Shown: positions 1 through 11,100 of the stretch, piece after piece | Position numbering within the stretch: the first letter of the stretch is position 1 | How the letters are laid out: each line of letters opens with the position of its first letter | Origin: Acidobacteriaceae bacterium | GTDB taxonomy: Bacteria > Acidobacteriota > Terriglobia > Terriglobales > Acidobacteriaceae | DNA length: 64,000 nt | Reading direction: 5' to 3' | NCBI GenBank assembly: GCA_035502695.1 | Contig: DATJUD010000172.1 | Coordinates: forward strand, 8,545-72,544 | The notes under the pieces: generated by a model | What the model was told of the DNA's origin: nothing | Database searches by the model: none | Seen by the model: only the letters and a program-made list of their open reading frames with translations | Made by a program: the position numbers and the translations under genes

Positions 1-1
1 C

Positions 2-943
2 TATCTGAGAACTTCGCGATCAGTGCGCTGTGAGCTGGAGCAGGTGATGATTGTCAGTGGCTCGCAACAGGCGCTCGAAATCTCCGGTCGTGTTCTCCTC
101 GATCCCGGAAGCCCTGTGTGGGTTGAGGATCCTGGTTATCGATTCGCACGAGATGCGTTGACTTTATCCGGCTGTCGCCTGGTCCCCGTTCCGGTGGACC
201 GGGAAGGTCTGAATGTTGCTGCCGGCATGCAGAGATGTCGCAAGGCCAGGGCCGCTGTGGTAACACCGTCGCATCAATTTCCGCTTGGCGTGACGATGAG
301 TGCGATGCGACGTCTCGAATTATTGGATTGGGCCAAGAATATGGGGGCGTGGATTATCGAGGATGACTACGATAGCGAATTTCGATACGCGAGTTCGCCG
401 ATCACTTCGCTGCAGGGGCTCGACGCAAACGCGCGAGTTGTCTATATAGGGACGTTCAGCAAGGTATTATTTCCTTCTTTACGGCTGGGATATGTGGTCG
501 TACCGCCTGACCTCGTCGACCATTTTGTAAAAATACGACGTGCCATGGATCTCGGAGCGCCCACGTTTAATCAGGAAGTACTTGCAGAATTTATTGCCGA
601 GGGTCACTTTGCGCGCCACATTCGCAGAATGCGCGTTCTCTACAACGAGCGCAGAACAGCGCTGGCAGAAAGCATCGGCAAAGAGCTAGGATCGATGGTT
701 GAGATACTCGGGGATGAGGCTGGCTTGCAGCTGACCCTGGCGTTGCCCGATGGAATTCGCGATCGAGAAATTGCAGAGCGCGCGGCCAAAGAAAACTTGT
801 CGCTCTGGCCTCTGTCTGCCTCCTACCTGGGCGATGTGACTCGTCCCGGATTCATTCTTGGATTTGGCAATCTTACGGCAACGCAGGCTCCGCCCGCCGT
901 GCGGAAACTCGCCAATTTGCTTACTTCGCAGAAAAACCTGTGA
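2..943 (+). CDS. C-terminal PLP-dependent aminotransferase domain of a MocR/GntR-type regulator (5' end lies outside the window)
   Basis: The reading frame is open to the window edge (no stop between nt 2 and the GTG at 23). The translation looks like an aminotransferase class I/II fold (..[21 protein letters not shown]..), as in MocR-family effector domains. Confidence 0.7.
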   Translation, partial: YLRTSRSVRCELEQVMIVSGSQQALEISGRVLLDPGSPVWVEDPGYRFARDALTLSGCRLVPVPVDREGLNVAAGMQRCRKARAAVVTPSHQFPLGVTMSAMRRLELLDWAKNMGAWIIEDDYDSEFRYASSPITSLQGLDANARVVYIGTFSKVLFPSLRLGYVVVPPDLVDHFVKIRRAMDLGAPTFNQEVLAEFIAEGHFARHIRRMRVLYNERRTALAESIGKELGSMVEILGDEAGLQLTLALPDGIRDREIAERAAKENLSLWPLSASYLGDVTRPGFILGFGNLTATQAPPAVRKLANLLTSQKNL

Positions 944-2899
944 CAGCAAGAGCATGGATGATGGCGTCGGTGTCGTAAACGCAACCACCCCAGACTCCGC
1001 CGCTGGCATGCACCAGCGCAGCCCAAAGTCGCGTGTCGTCCGGCAGATTGGGGTCGGGAGCCAGATCGTCACGCAACGGCCGCAGAGCCAGACGACGTGA
1101 GCCCTCTTCCGCATCGAAGCTTTCCGCTGATTCGCCCACAAAGTTAACTAATCCTTCCAACCTGATCCGGTCGATCACAATTTCAATCATGTCGCCATCG
1201 AGGATCTTGCCCACGCTTCCACCAGCCAGCGCCTCAGGCGAAACATGTCCGATGCACGCGCCCGTAGAAACGCCGCTAAATCGGGCGTCAGTAATGACAG
1301 CCACGTGCTTTCCGTGGGGGAGATGCCTCAACGCGGAGGTTACTTGATAAATCTCCTGCATGCCGGAGCCCGAGGGACCTCCGCAGATCAAGACGAGAAT
1401 ATCGCCCGGTTGTATCGTGTCGTTCTTGATGGCTTCAATTGCAGATGACTCCGACACAAAAACTCTGGCAGGTCCTATCATTCGGAAAATTCCAGACTCA
1501 TCGACAAGAGAGGGATCGATGGCCGTACTCTTGATCACGGAACCCTCGACAGCAATATTTCCGACCGGGAAGCAGAGAGTCGGCGTCAGGCCGCGGGCCC
1601 TGGCGCGGTCGGGATCCATGATGACTTCATCCGGGTCGATGCCATCCAGACTTTTCAGTCGCGCCCGCAGTGCATGGCGGCGCTCGCTCTGCTCCCACCA
1701 GTCCAGACTCTCCTCCAGCGTGGATCCGGAGGCAGTCAACACGCTCGTATCGATCAGACCGGCGTGCCGCAAATGCAACATCACCTCAGGAACGCCGCCG
1801 GCGAGGAACACCTGCACAGTCGCAAAGTTTTTCGGACCGTTCGGCAATGCATCCACCAGGCGCGGCACGGAGCGATTCACTCGAACCCAGTCCGATGCGT
1901 CCGGCCGCTGCAAGCCCGCGTGGAAGGCAATTGCTGGAAGATGCAATAGCAGATTCGTAGATCCGCCCAACGCAGCATGCAACACCATCGCATTATGAAT
2001 CGATTCCTGACGAAGAAAATCGCGAGTACCCAAGCCCAGTTCAAGCAGCCGCACCAAAGCTTTGGCAGAACGGTTCGCGGCATCCAGCCAAATTGCATGC
2101 CCGGATGGCGCCAGTGCCGTGTGAGGAAGAGACAGGCCAAGTGCCTCTCCGACCACCTGGGCGGTTGCCGCCGTGCCTAAGAACTGGCACCCGCCGCCAG
2201 GAGTGGCGCAGGTTCGACACCCCACTTCCGCCGCGTAGTCGAGCGTAATTTCTCCATGAGCAAATCGCGCGCCGATGGTTTGCACGATGCCGGCGTCCTC
2301 GCCTTGTTTTGGCAGCAGTGTAACGCCTCCAGGTACCAGCACAGTCGGGATGGTCTGCGCCGATGCGAGCGCCATCATCATTGCGGGCAGGCCTTTGCTT
2401 TGTCGCAGGTGGCGAATCCCACGATGCCTTTTCTTGTGGGCAGAGAACGCATCAATCGCCGAAATACCGTCGCCGCATCATTACGAAACGGCAGCGAATC
2501 GAACATTCCCGTTGTGCCCTGCGTTCGTCCATCGCACGGATCTGTGCAGTAGGCAGCGAAAGGTACCGCGCCGCAGCATTTCAGCACCCGCGCCGCTTCC
2601 GCGACCAGCAATCCTACCTCCCAGTGGCCGGTGTGAAAACCCAGGGCGACCGGAGTACCATCTTCTGCGCGAATCCCTCCATGAGTGCTTAAGAGCAGAA
2701 CTTCCGGACCCGACAATTCTTGAGGCGACCAACCCATGCCCACGTTTTGGCTAAGGCCGAAAAGGTTCCCGGACGGGAGTTGCAGCAGCATTTCAGGTGT
2801 GAGCGGCAATTGTCCGGCCGGTCCCGGAGCATGTGTGACGACATCCAACAGCCCGCGATCCGGAGTCTCGAGCACCGACAGAAGAGATGTCTTATTCAT
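921..2899 (-). pseudogene. YjhG/YagF-type (IlvD/Edd family) D-xylonate dehydratase, split by a frameshift
   Basis: ORF 2378..2899 (N-terminus, ..[23 protein letters not shown].., ..ATCDK) and ORF 921..2381 (MMMALA..VLVPGG.., ..[10 protein letters not shown]..) together make about 658 aa of one IlvD/Edd-family protein. The break falls inside the conserved CDKxxPxxMMA motif, at a tandem CAAAG-CAAAG on the minus strand (plus strand 2393-2402). Deleting one copy restores [13 protein letters not shown]. Confidence 0.8.
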
Positions 2900-2921
2900 C
2901 GGAATGGAGAGTGGAAATCAT

Positions 2922-3698
2922 TTAATCCTGATATTTTTCGTGAGGCCATCGTGGCTGCGTAAAGGCGGCGCCATCTACCCAGATTGTCTGCCCGGTAATG
3001 AAGGATGCTTGTTCCGTCGCCAGAAAAACAACCAGATCGCCGACGTCCTGCGGAGTTCCGATGCGTCGCAACGGCGTGATATCCGCCCACGCGTCACTAT
3101 ATCCGGGCACTTCCAACTCCGTACGTTCAATGGCGATGGCTCCCGGAGCGACACAATTCACGCGGATTCCGTATGGACCTAGTTCGACCGCGGCTGCCTT
3201 CGTCAACATCTCAATGCCGCCCTTGCTTGTCGTGTAGGAGGCTAGGTTTAGAAAAGGAACTTTGTTGCTTCCGGAACCGATGTTGACGATGACACCACTC
3301 GACCGGTTGCGCATCCTTCGGGCTGCCGCCTGCGTACAAAGAAAGCACCCCTTCAAATTTGTATCCATCACCCGGTCCCATTCCGCTTCTTCCAGGTCAA
3401 TCAATGGTCCCCAGGTCTGAACGCCGGCGTTATTCACCAAAATATCGATGTGCTGAAATCGCTCGTCGACCGCGGCGAACATTTCTTTCACGTCGGAAGT
3501 GCTGCCAACGTTCGCGAAAACAGGAAACGCATCCACTCCCATCTTTCGCAACTCGGAGACGGATTTCTCAGCCCCTTGAGCATCGGAGAAATAATTCACG
3601 GCAACGTTGCATCCGGCGCGACCTAGAGCCAGGGCAATGCCTTTGCCGACTCCTTTACTCGCGCCGGTAACCAATGCGGTGCGATGATCCAACCTCAT
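2922..3698 (-). CDS. Short-chain dehydrogenase/reductase (SDR), glucose/sugar 1-dehydrogenase-like
   Basis: TGASKGVGKG Rossmann motif, NNAG, and a YTTSKGG (YxxxK) catalytic motif. It lies 22 nt upstream of the dehydratase gene on the same strand. Confidence 0.85.
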   Translation of the reverse strand: MRLDHRTALVTGASKGVGKGIALALGRAGCNVAVNYFSDAQGAEKSVSELRKMGVDAFPVFANVGSTSDVKEMFAAVDERFQHIDILVNNAGVQTWGPLIDLEEAEWDRVMDTNLKGCFLCTQAAARRMRNRSSGVIVNIGSGSNKVPFLNLASYTTSKGGIEMLTKAAAVELGPYGIRVNCVAPGAIAIERTELEVPGYSDAWADITPLRRIGTPQDVGDLVVFLATEQASFITGQTIWVDGAAFTQPRWPHEKYQD

Positions 3699-4507
3699 TG
3701 CGCTGGTCCTGGATACTGGCGCGGGTGGATCATCTGCTGATACACGCGTTCCAAAGGCTCGGGACTCACGCTGATTTTTCCGCGATAGGGATTATCGAGC
3801 GCCGCTACCATAAAGACCATCAACCCGATGAGCGCGGAGAAAAGCACGGTCATCCAAATATGCATCTTCAAACTCTGCATGTGGAAGAACCAGGTTGAGA
3901 TGATGCAGATCGCCGCGCCTAGCATAATCAATGCCCAGAGTGGTGACGGCAATTCGTCTGTGACGCTGTCCAGACGGATGCTACGAGAGGTTTCTAGAGC
4001 GTCGAATTCTCGCGAGACATCCTGCTCGAGGACTTTATCCGCCTCGGTGGCAGGTTCCCATTTGCGAAAATCCCGGCGAAACTTATCTAACGCGACACGG
4101 TTTTCTGTCGGGACAATTCCTCGCTGTTGTTCCGGCCAGCCAATCTTAATAACACTGACGGTGTAGTCGCGAATATCCTGTTGCAGCACGCTCCGCATCG
4201 GCTCTTCCAGGCTCCCGACGGTTCGATACAGGCTGGCAACAGCCGCTGCCTCTCGAGCTACCTTTGCTTCCGTGTCGGTATAGGTAGTCCACGCACCAAT
4301 GGCCAACAAGCCCAGCGTTACTCCGTACAGAACGGTGATGCCGGCCAGATAAAAACCGACAATGTCGTTGTAGGAGTGCTGCAGGTGAACGCGACGAATC
4401 ATCCTCCGGCTGGCGATCAGGCCTGCCAGTCCGAAGGCGACAAACAGACCTATGGTGAGCAACTCAAACAGCCAGTTCGGCAGATCGTAAACCCAATACA
4501 TATTCAT
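3695..4507 (-). CDS. Membrane protein, DUF4239-like
   Basis: Hydrophobic N- and C-terminal segments. I prefer the ATG at 4507 (MNMYWVYDLPNW..), which is preceded by GAGGA. Its stop overlaps the SDR start (ATGA). The family assignment is from memory. Confidence 0.6.
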   Translation of the reverse strand: MNMYWVYDLPNWLFELLTIGLFVAFGLAGLIASRRMIRRVHLQHSYNDIVGFYLAGITVLYGVTLGLLAIGAWTTYTDTEAKVAREAAAVASLYRTVGSLEEPMRSVLQQDIRDYTVSVIKIGWPEQQRGIVPTENRVALDKFRRDFRKWEPATEADKVLEQDVSREFDALETSRSIRLDSVTDELPSPLWALIMLGAAICIISTWFFHMQSLKMHIWMTVLFSALIGLMVFMVAALDNPYRGKISVSPEPLERVYQQMIHPRQYPGPAQ

Positions 4508-4940
4508 GGATCCTCGCCGGCAATGAAATACGATTCCGGGAAATTCTTGTTCACGTACAAATGCATCGTGCGTGGACGATCGCACTACGTCAGCTTCAAG
4601 AAACACAGTATAGCGTTCCAGAATTGGATCGCACTCTACTCGACGCCGAACAGGCACGCGTAAAGATCGTTAAAGCTGTTGGCGTAGGGACCGTTCAGCA
4701 GGACTTTGCCGTTGGAAAAGCCGATGGGGCCGAAACTCTCCGACGCTACGCAGAGAAACGAGTAGGTAAACCAGAGCACAAACGTAGACAGGGAAGAAAA
4801 TATCTATTACCGACGGGTAATAGGCGAACATTATCACGCGACCTTGGGGATGGCCAGAAATAGAAGCAGGTATTGTCGTTGCGCGGCGGGGTGCCGCGTC
4901 TCGTCGTAGCATAGGGCGGCTGTGTGGCCGGTCACAAATA

Positions 4941-6704
4941 TCAGGGCTGGAACGGCATCTGCTCGGGAACCGCTTCTCCATCGGCGCGGGGATCGGTGGC
5001 GCCAAAATTCACTCCACTTTGCAGGTTGTGTTGCACCGCATTGCCGCGGCCCATGTCTTGCGAATAGCGCGGCAGAACTTTAATTATGTGCCCCTGTTGC
5101 CGCAGACCATCGATCACCTGCGGTGCGATGCCGTTCTCCATCAACAGGCTGCAACCGGAGAATGAAGGCATGGTGAAGCGAGCCGCCTCCAGCGCCGCCT
5201 GAATGTTCATGTGGAAGTCCGCGATATTCGACACGAATTGCGCGTGCGCCTGCGCCTGGTTGAACCCGCCCATGATGCCGAAGGCGATGCGTTCGTCACC
5301 CTTTTGCATGAAGGCAGGAATGATGGTGTGTAGCGGGCGTGTGTGCGGACGAAGCGTGTTGGGCTGATTTGGCTTCAGGGTGAAAGCCGATCCGCGGTTT
5401 TGCAGTACGAATCCGGTTCCATCGGCGACCAGTCCGCTGCCGAACGCTCCCGCATTGCTTTGGATCAGCGACACCTCATTCCCGTCTCGATCGACCACTG
5501 CCAGATATGTTGTGTCGCTCGACAAATGCGAGAGTTGCCCAGTCAGGTCAGACGGCAACACGCTACAGTTCGCGCGGTCACTAATCTGTGCGGCTCGGCG
5601 AACAGCCAGTTTTTTTGATATTAGCTGCTGCACCGGGATGTGCGTGGCGCGAGGGTCGCCGACGTAATATCGCATATCTGCATAGGCCAGTTTCTTTGCT
5701 TCAATTTCGACATGCAGCGACTTCTGGCTGTTGTGCCCCCATTCCGCAATCGGAAATTGCTCCATGATGTTCAGCATGGAGAGCGCGGCAATTCCCTGGC
5801 CGTTCGGCGGCATCTCCCAAATGGTCCATCCGCGGTAGGTGGTGCTGACTGGGTCGACCCATTCCGGTTGAAAATCTGTAAGATCGTCCGCCTGTAGAAA
5901 TCCGTGCAGTCGATGAGACAGCTGCAAAATTGCAGCTGCCGTCTGGCCCTTGTAAAAACCATCGCGGCCCTTTTGCCCGATGAGTTGCAGCGTCGCGGCT
6001 AGATCGGGATTGCGAAACAGTTGGCCTGCGGCCGGCGGTTTGCCATCTGGCAGAAAGACGCGCGCAAAGCCTGGGCTGGAGGCGAACTGCGGTCCAAATT
6101 CCTGCCAGTTTTCAGCGTCCGTCTCAGTGACGGCGATCCCTTGTTCCGCCAGCGCGACCGCCGGCGCCAGGTCTTCCGCCATGGAAAGCTTGCCGAATCT
6201 CTGACGGAGTGCGTCCCATCCCGCAACCGCGCCAGGAACGGTCACTGAGAGGATGCCGGTTTCAGGAATCTCCTTCACGATGCCCTTGGCTTTCAAATCC
6301 TCGATGCTCATGGCTTTCGGCGCCCAGCCGCTGGCGTTCAGGCCGTACAGTTTTTTCGTCTTCGCATCATAGACAATCGCGAACAGATCGCCGCCCACCC
6401 CATTCATCATTGGCTCAATCACACCGAGCGCAGCGTTGGCGGCAATTGCTGCATCTACCGCGTTGCCTCCACGCGCCAGAATTGCTGCACCGGCCTGCGA
6501 TGCGACGGCCTGGCTGGTGGCTACAATTCCATACTGGGTCATCACCATGGAGCGCGACTGCTCGCGACTCGGCTGAGCAACGGCGGTCTGCAGGCAGGTG
6601 GTGATGCACATCAACAGACACCCGCACGAAACGATTTTCAGCTTTGAAATCACGTTGACAGGTCCTTCGAAAAAAGATCTCCGATTCACGCAATGAGCCA
6701 TCAT
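4941..6704 (-). CDS. ggt: Gamma-glutamyltransferase
   Basis: Full-length GGT-like translation with the autoprocessing/nucleophile region ..SSDTTYLAVVDRDGN.. and ..GGFNQAQAH... The N-terminus (MMAHCVNRRSFFEG..h-region..AVAQ) looks like an export signal, possibly with a twin-arginine motif. The start is uncertain: 6704, or GTG 6653. Confidence 0.85.
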   Translation of the reverse strand: MMAHCVNRRSFFEGPVNVISKLKIVSCGCLLMCITTCLQTAVAQPSREQSRSMVMTQYGIVATSQAVASQAGAAILARGGNAVDAAIAANAALGVIEPMMNGVGGDLFAIVYDAKTKKLYGLNASGWAPKAMSIEDLKAKGIVKEIPETGILSVTVPGAVAGWDALRQRFGKLSMAEDLAPAVALAEQGIAVTETDAENWQEFGPQFASSPGFARVFLPDGKPPAAGQLFRNPDLAATLQLIGQKGRDGFYKGQTAAAILQLSHRLHGFLQADDLTDFQPEWVDPVSTTYRGWTIWEMPPNGQGIAALSMLNIMEQFPIAEWGHNSQKSLHVEIEAKKLAYADMRYYVGDPRATHIPVQQLISKKLAVRRAAQISDRANCSVLPSDLTGQLSHLSSDTTYLAVVDRDGNEVSLIQSNAGAFGSGLVADGTGFVLQNRGSAFTLKPNQPNTLRPHTRPLHTIIPAFMQKGDERIAFGIMGGFNQAQAHAQFVSNIADFHMNIQAALEAARFTMPSFSGCSLLMENGIAPQVIDGLRQQGHIIKVLPRYSQDMGRGNAVQHNLQSGVNFGATDPRADGEAVPEQMPFQP

Positions 6705-6829
6705 ACGACTTCGATCCGCGCCTTGGCGCGTCGCTGCATGGAATGATTTCTGCGGTGCGACAATCCTGCGCCCGGCAAGAGCATGCAACAATCGTCACGT
6801 GGTACGAATGGTAGTAACAGAGGAGAACC

Positions 6830-7582
6830 ATGGCTCAACTGATGAAGACCTCGAATCCGGCATTGAATTCCCAGATCTTTCAGGGCGAGCATGCTGCCCT
6901 TGGCGAATCCATGACGCTGGATGGCACGATAAACAAAACAGGAATTCTGCTGATTTGCGCGGGCGCCTCCGCAGCCTGGGCGTGGCATGTGTTTATGCAA
7001 ACCCGATCTGCTGCGAGCGTGCTTCCACTTATGTGGATCGGCCTGCTTGGCGGCTTAGTGTTCGCGATGATTACGATTTTTAAAAAGACCTGGGCGCCGG
7101 TGACCGCACCCGTATACTCCCTGCTGGAAGGCTTGGCGCTGGGCAGCATTTCCTCGGTGCTCGAACTGCGATATCCGGGTATCGCCATGCAATCGGTGGG
7201 TCTCACCTTCGGAACCCTGCTGGTTTTATTGCTGGCGTACCGCTCTGGGTTAATTCCCGTGACACAAAAATTTCGTCTGGGAGTTGTAGCGGCTACCGGT
7301 GCGATCATGCTGCTGTACATCGCTGAAATTGTGCTGGGGTTTTTTGGAATTCACTTCGCCTCGATCAACGGCAATGGCCTCATCGGGATTGGTTTCAGCG
7401 TGGTGGTTGTGATCATTGCGGCGCTGAATCTGGTGCTGGATTTTGATTTCATCGAGAGTGGCGTGCGCGCCCAGGCACCCAAGTATATGGAATGGTATGG
7501 CGCGTTCGGGCTGATGGTCACACTGGTGTGGCTGTACATCGAAATTTTGAATTTGCTGGCCAAGGTCCGGAGTCGCGATTGA
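6830..7582 (+). CDS. Bax inhibitor-1/YccA-like integral membrane protein
   Basis: N-terminus M..TSNPALN.. followed by about 7 hydrophobic helices, a COG4760-type architecture. Confidence 0.65.
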   Translation: MAQLMKTSNPALNSQIFQGEHAALGESMTLDGTINKTGILLICAGASAAWAWHVFMQTRSAASVLPLMWIGLLGGLVFAMITIFKKTWAPVTAPVYSLLEGLALGSISSVLELRYPGIAMQSVGLTFGTLLVLLLAYRSGLIPVTQKFRLGVVAATGAIMLLYIAEIVLGFFGIHFASINGNGLIGIGFSVVVVIIAALNLVLDFDFIESGVRAQAPKYMEWYGAFGLMVTLVWLYIEILNLLAKVRSRD

Positions 7583-8019
7583 GATTGCGTTTTTAGTCAG
7601 CCTCGCCGGAGACAAATTTCGCGCACTTTTCAGGTCCTCCACAAATCGCTGCGTCTCTCGCTCCCGATCTTCATCGGTGATTTGCCGTAGCAAGGATGAA
7701 GGGTGTACGGTCGTCAGGATTGGCGGATAGCCCTCGATTTGCAGAATGGTGCCACGCTGCTTGGTGACGCGAAATGACGGCCCCAGTAATCCCTCCGCAG
7801 CCGTCGCTCCTAAAGGAACGATCAACTTGGGCTGCACGACTTCAATCTCACGTTGGAGCCAGGGCTTGCATGCAGGAATTTCCATCTGGTTTGGCTTTTC
7901 GTGGAGACGACGTTTTCCCCGCTGCAATCCCGCGCAGCCTTTCGCAAAGTAGCAAGGCTACGGCTGTTGGGGATAAACGGCAACGCGGAGAACTGTTTTT
8001 TTCGAGCAATCGGCGACAT
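7583..8019 (-). pseudogene. Family-4 uracil-DNA glycosylase relic (N-terminal catalytic half degraded, frame breaks, stop codon lost)
   Basis: ORF 7250..7927 encodes ..RGKRRLHEKPNQMEIPACKPWLQREIEVVQPKLIVPLGATAAEGLLG..VHPSSLLR.., which is the C-terminal half of UDG family 4 including the HPS motif. No GE(A/Q)PG motif is present upstream. The upstream similarity (..LPFIPNSRSLATLRKAARDCSGENVV..) lies in another frame, and a T7 run sits at 7996-8002. The ORF then reads 333 nt antisense into the convergent neighbour before reaching a stop. Confidence 0.45.
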
Positions 8020-8138
8020 CTTTCATTGAGATGCGTCACCGCTGTGTGGTCCTAATGTGAGTCTGCGCTGTTGTGTCCGGCGATTCTTACGGACAGGATG
8101 GCGAATAAAAAACGAATCGATCCAGTACAATCCACAAC

Positions 8139-11100
8139 ATGCCCCCGACGCTACAGACCGGTGCCGAGCTCGCCATTCCTGCCAGTCTCGATTGGGCACA
8201 CCCCATCACGCAGGAATGGTTTGTCGGGCGATTCGGTACACCCACAGAGCCGCAAATTGAGGGTTGGCCGCATATTCGGGCGGGGCATCCAACGTTGATC
8301 TCCGCGCCTACCGGTTCTGGCAAAACACTGGCCGCGTTTCTAGTTTGCATCAACCAACTGCTGTGTCAGGCGATTTCAGGCACGCTGACTCCGTATACCG
8401 AGGTGGTGTACATCTCGCCGCTGAAGGCGCTTTCGAACGATATTCAAAAAAATCTCGATCAGCCGCTGCGGGAAATTCAACAGCTCGCCCTGGAACGCGG
8501 CTATCTGTACGGCGAAATTCGCACCGCGGTGCGCACCGGTGACACGCTGGCGTCAGAACGTGCGGCCATGCTGAAGAAGCCACCGCACATCCTGGTGACG
8601 ACCCCGGAGTCGCTGTATATCCTGTTGACCTCAAAAAACAGCCGCGAAAATCTTCACCACGTGCGCACCGTGATCGTCGATGAAATTCATGCGGTCGCGG
8701 ATGACAAGCGCGGCTCACACCTGGCGTTGTCGCTGGAGCGGTTGGAAGCGCTGGTGTGCGCTGAAAATCGAGTGGTCCGGGCCGGGCGCATGGCAGTCCC
8801 GATCAAACCGCCGCAGCGGATTGGCTTGTCCGCAACGCAAAATCCAATTGAGTTGGTGGGACAGTTTCTTGTGGGCTCCTCGAAAGATCGCCAGCCAGCG
8901 AAGATCGTTCAGGTGGGTCGGCGGCGCACAATGGACCTAGCGATCGAGGTTCCAACCTGCGAAGAGCTGGGTTTCGTGGCGACGAATGCCATGTGGGATG
9001 AAATATACGATCGCCTGACCGCGCTTGCACAGGAGCATCGTTCGACGCTAGTGTTTGTGAACACGCGCCGCATGGTCGAGCGGCTCTCGCATGCCATCGG
9101 CGAGCGCATCGGTGCGGAAAATGTCGCCGCGCATCACGGCAGCCTTTCGCGCAAGTTGCGCCTGGACGCGGAAACACGGTTGAAAAATGGCGAAATCAAG
9201 TTGCTGGTGGCCACCGCGTCGTTGGAGTTGGGCATTGATATCGGCTCCATCGATCTTGTTTGCCAGGTGGGATCTACACGCGCAGTTGCGGCTGGAATGC
9301 AGAGAATTGGCCGGGCCGGGCACTGGCGAGGTGCGATTCCGAAAGGACGTTTCTTCGCCACTACCCGCGATGACTTGATCGAATGCGCCGCACTGGTGCA
9401 GGCGATGCGTGCCGGCGATCTGGACCGACTCGAAATTCCGCCGCAGCCACTCGACGTGCTGATGCAGCAAATCGTCGCCGCCTGCGCCGCTGAATCGTGG
9501 AACGAGGATGCGCTCTATTCCGTGCTGCGTCGCGCCTATCCGTATCGCGAATTGACGCGGGATGAGTTTGACGAACTGATCCAGGTTCTTCATCACGGTA
9601 TCGAATCCAGTCGCGGTCGGTATGGAGCTTTCGTGATGCGGGATGTGATCCACGGAGAATTGCACGCTCGCCGGGGAGCTAGGCTCGCCGCCGTGTGCAA
9701 TGGCGGTACGATTCCCGATACTGCGCAATACGCTGTCATCATGCAACCGGAAGGACTGCAGATTGCGACGCTCGACGAGCATTTCGCCATTGATTCATCG
9801 GCGGGAGATGTAGTTCTGCTGGGCAACACGAGCTGGAGGATTCAGCGTATCGAAACCGGGCGAGTGTTTGTCGAGGATGCACACGGTCAGCCGCCAAACC
9901 TACCGTTCTGGGCAGGGGAAGCACCGCAGCGCACGGATGTTTTAAGCGACTATGTGGCGCGTTTGCGGGAAGGAATTGCGGCTCGCACTTCGAAAGTGCT
10001 GCCCAGCTGCGTGTCGCCGACCCATGCAGGCGTGGCGGAAACGGCGGCCTGGTTAAAACAGGAGTGCGGCGTTTGCGATGGCGGCGCGAAGCAGATGATC
10101 GGTTACATCGCGGCGGGTCGAGCCGTCCTTGGCACCGTTCCGTCCCTGACAACGATCGTTGCCGAGCGGTTTTTTGATGAAGGCGGAGGCATGCAGCTTA
10201 TCTTGCATGCGCCCTTCGGCGGCCGAGTCAATAAGGCCTGGGGGTTGGCGTTGCGCAAGCGTTTTTGCCGAGGCTTCAATTTCGAATTGCAGGCCGCCGC
10301 GACTGACAACGGCCTTTGCATTTCGCTAGCGGAGCAGCACAGCTTTCCGCTGAGCGATGTGTTTCAATTCCTCACGCGGCAAACGGTGCAAGCACTGCTG
10401 GAGCAGGCAGCATTGGATTCGCCGATCTTCAAGTCGCGGTGGACATGGGCCGCGGGACGAAGTTTGCAACTGTTACGGTTCCAAAAGGGAAAAAAGGTCG
10501 CGCCGCAGATTCTCCGTACTCGTTCCGACGATCTTTTAGCCAGCGTGTTTCCCCAGGTTGCAGCGTGTCTTGAAAATATTCAAGGCGACCGCGAGATTCC
10601 AAATCATCCCCTGGTGCGGGAAGTCATGAAAGACGTCCTCGGAGAGGCGATGGACTTGGCGGGTCTGAAGAGCGTGCTCGAAGGGATCGCCGACGGAACG
10701 ATCCAATGTGTCTCCGTCGATACGACCGCGCCTTCACAGTTCGCACATGAATTGTTGAACGCGAATCCGTATGCATTTCTCGATGATGCACCGTTGGAGG
10801 AGCGCCGCGCGCGCGCGGTTTCGATGCGCCGCACCTTACCCGCCAGCATGCAAGGGGATGCGGGGCAGCTCGACCCTGCTGCGATTGCGGCTGTGCGGTC
10901 GGAGTGCTGGCCGGACCTGCGAGATGAACACGAGATGCACGACCTGTTGTTTCAACTGGTGGCACTACCGGTAGCTATGTTGCAGCGGCAGGAGACAGAG
11001 CCGTGGACATGGTTGTTGCAAAGACTGGAGCGAGCCGGGCGAGCCAGGGTCGTAGAGGGTCGGACAGGCGGTTATTGGGTAGCGACAGAAAACCTAGTGT

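Noticed and set aside
4670-4831. 53-codon hydrophobic ORF (MFAYYPSVIDIFFPVYVCALVYLLVSL..) between ggt and the DUF4239 gene
   Set aside because: It has only a weak SD. It overlaps a hairpin (CTATTACC-GACG-GGTAATAG, 4804-4823) that looks more like the ggt terminator. There is no supporting evidence for translation.
8020-8138. LexA boxes (GTTC-N7-GTTC type reported for some Acidobacteria/Alphaproteobacteria) upstream of lhr, and likewise upstream of polX and recJ
   Set aside because: I could not find a convincing tandem GTTC-N7-GTTC or palindromic SOS box in these promoter regions.
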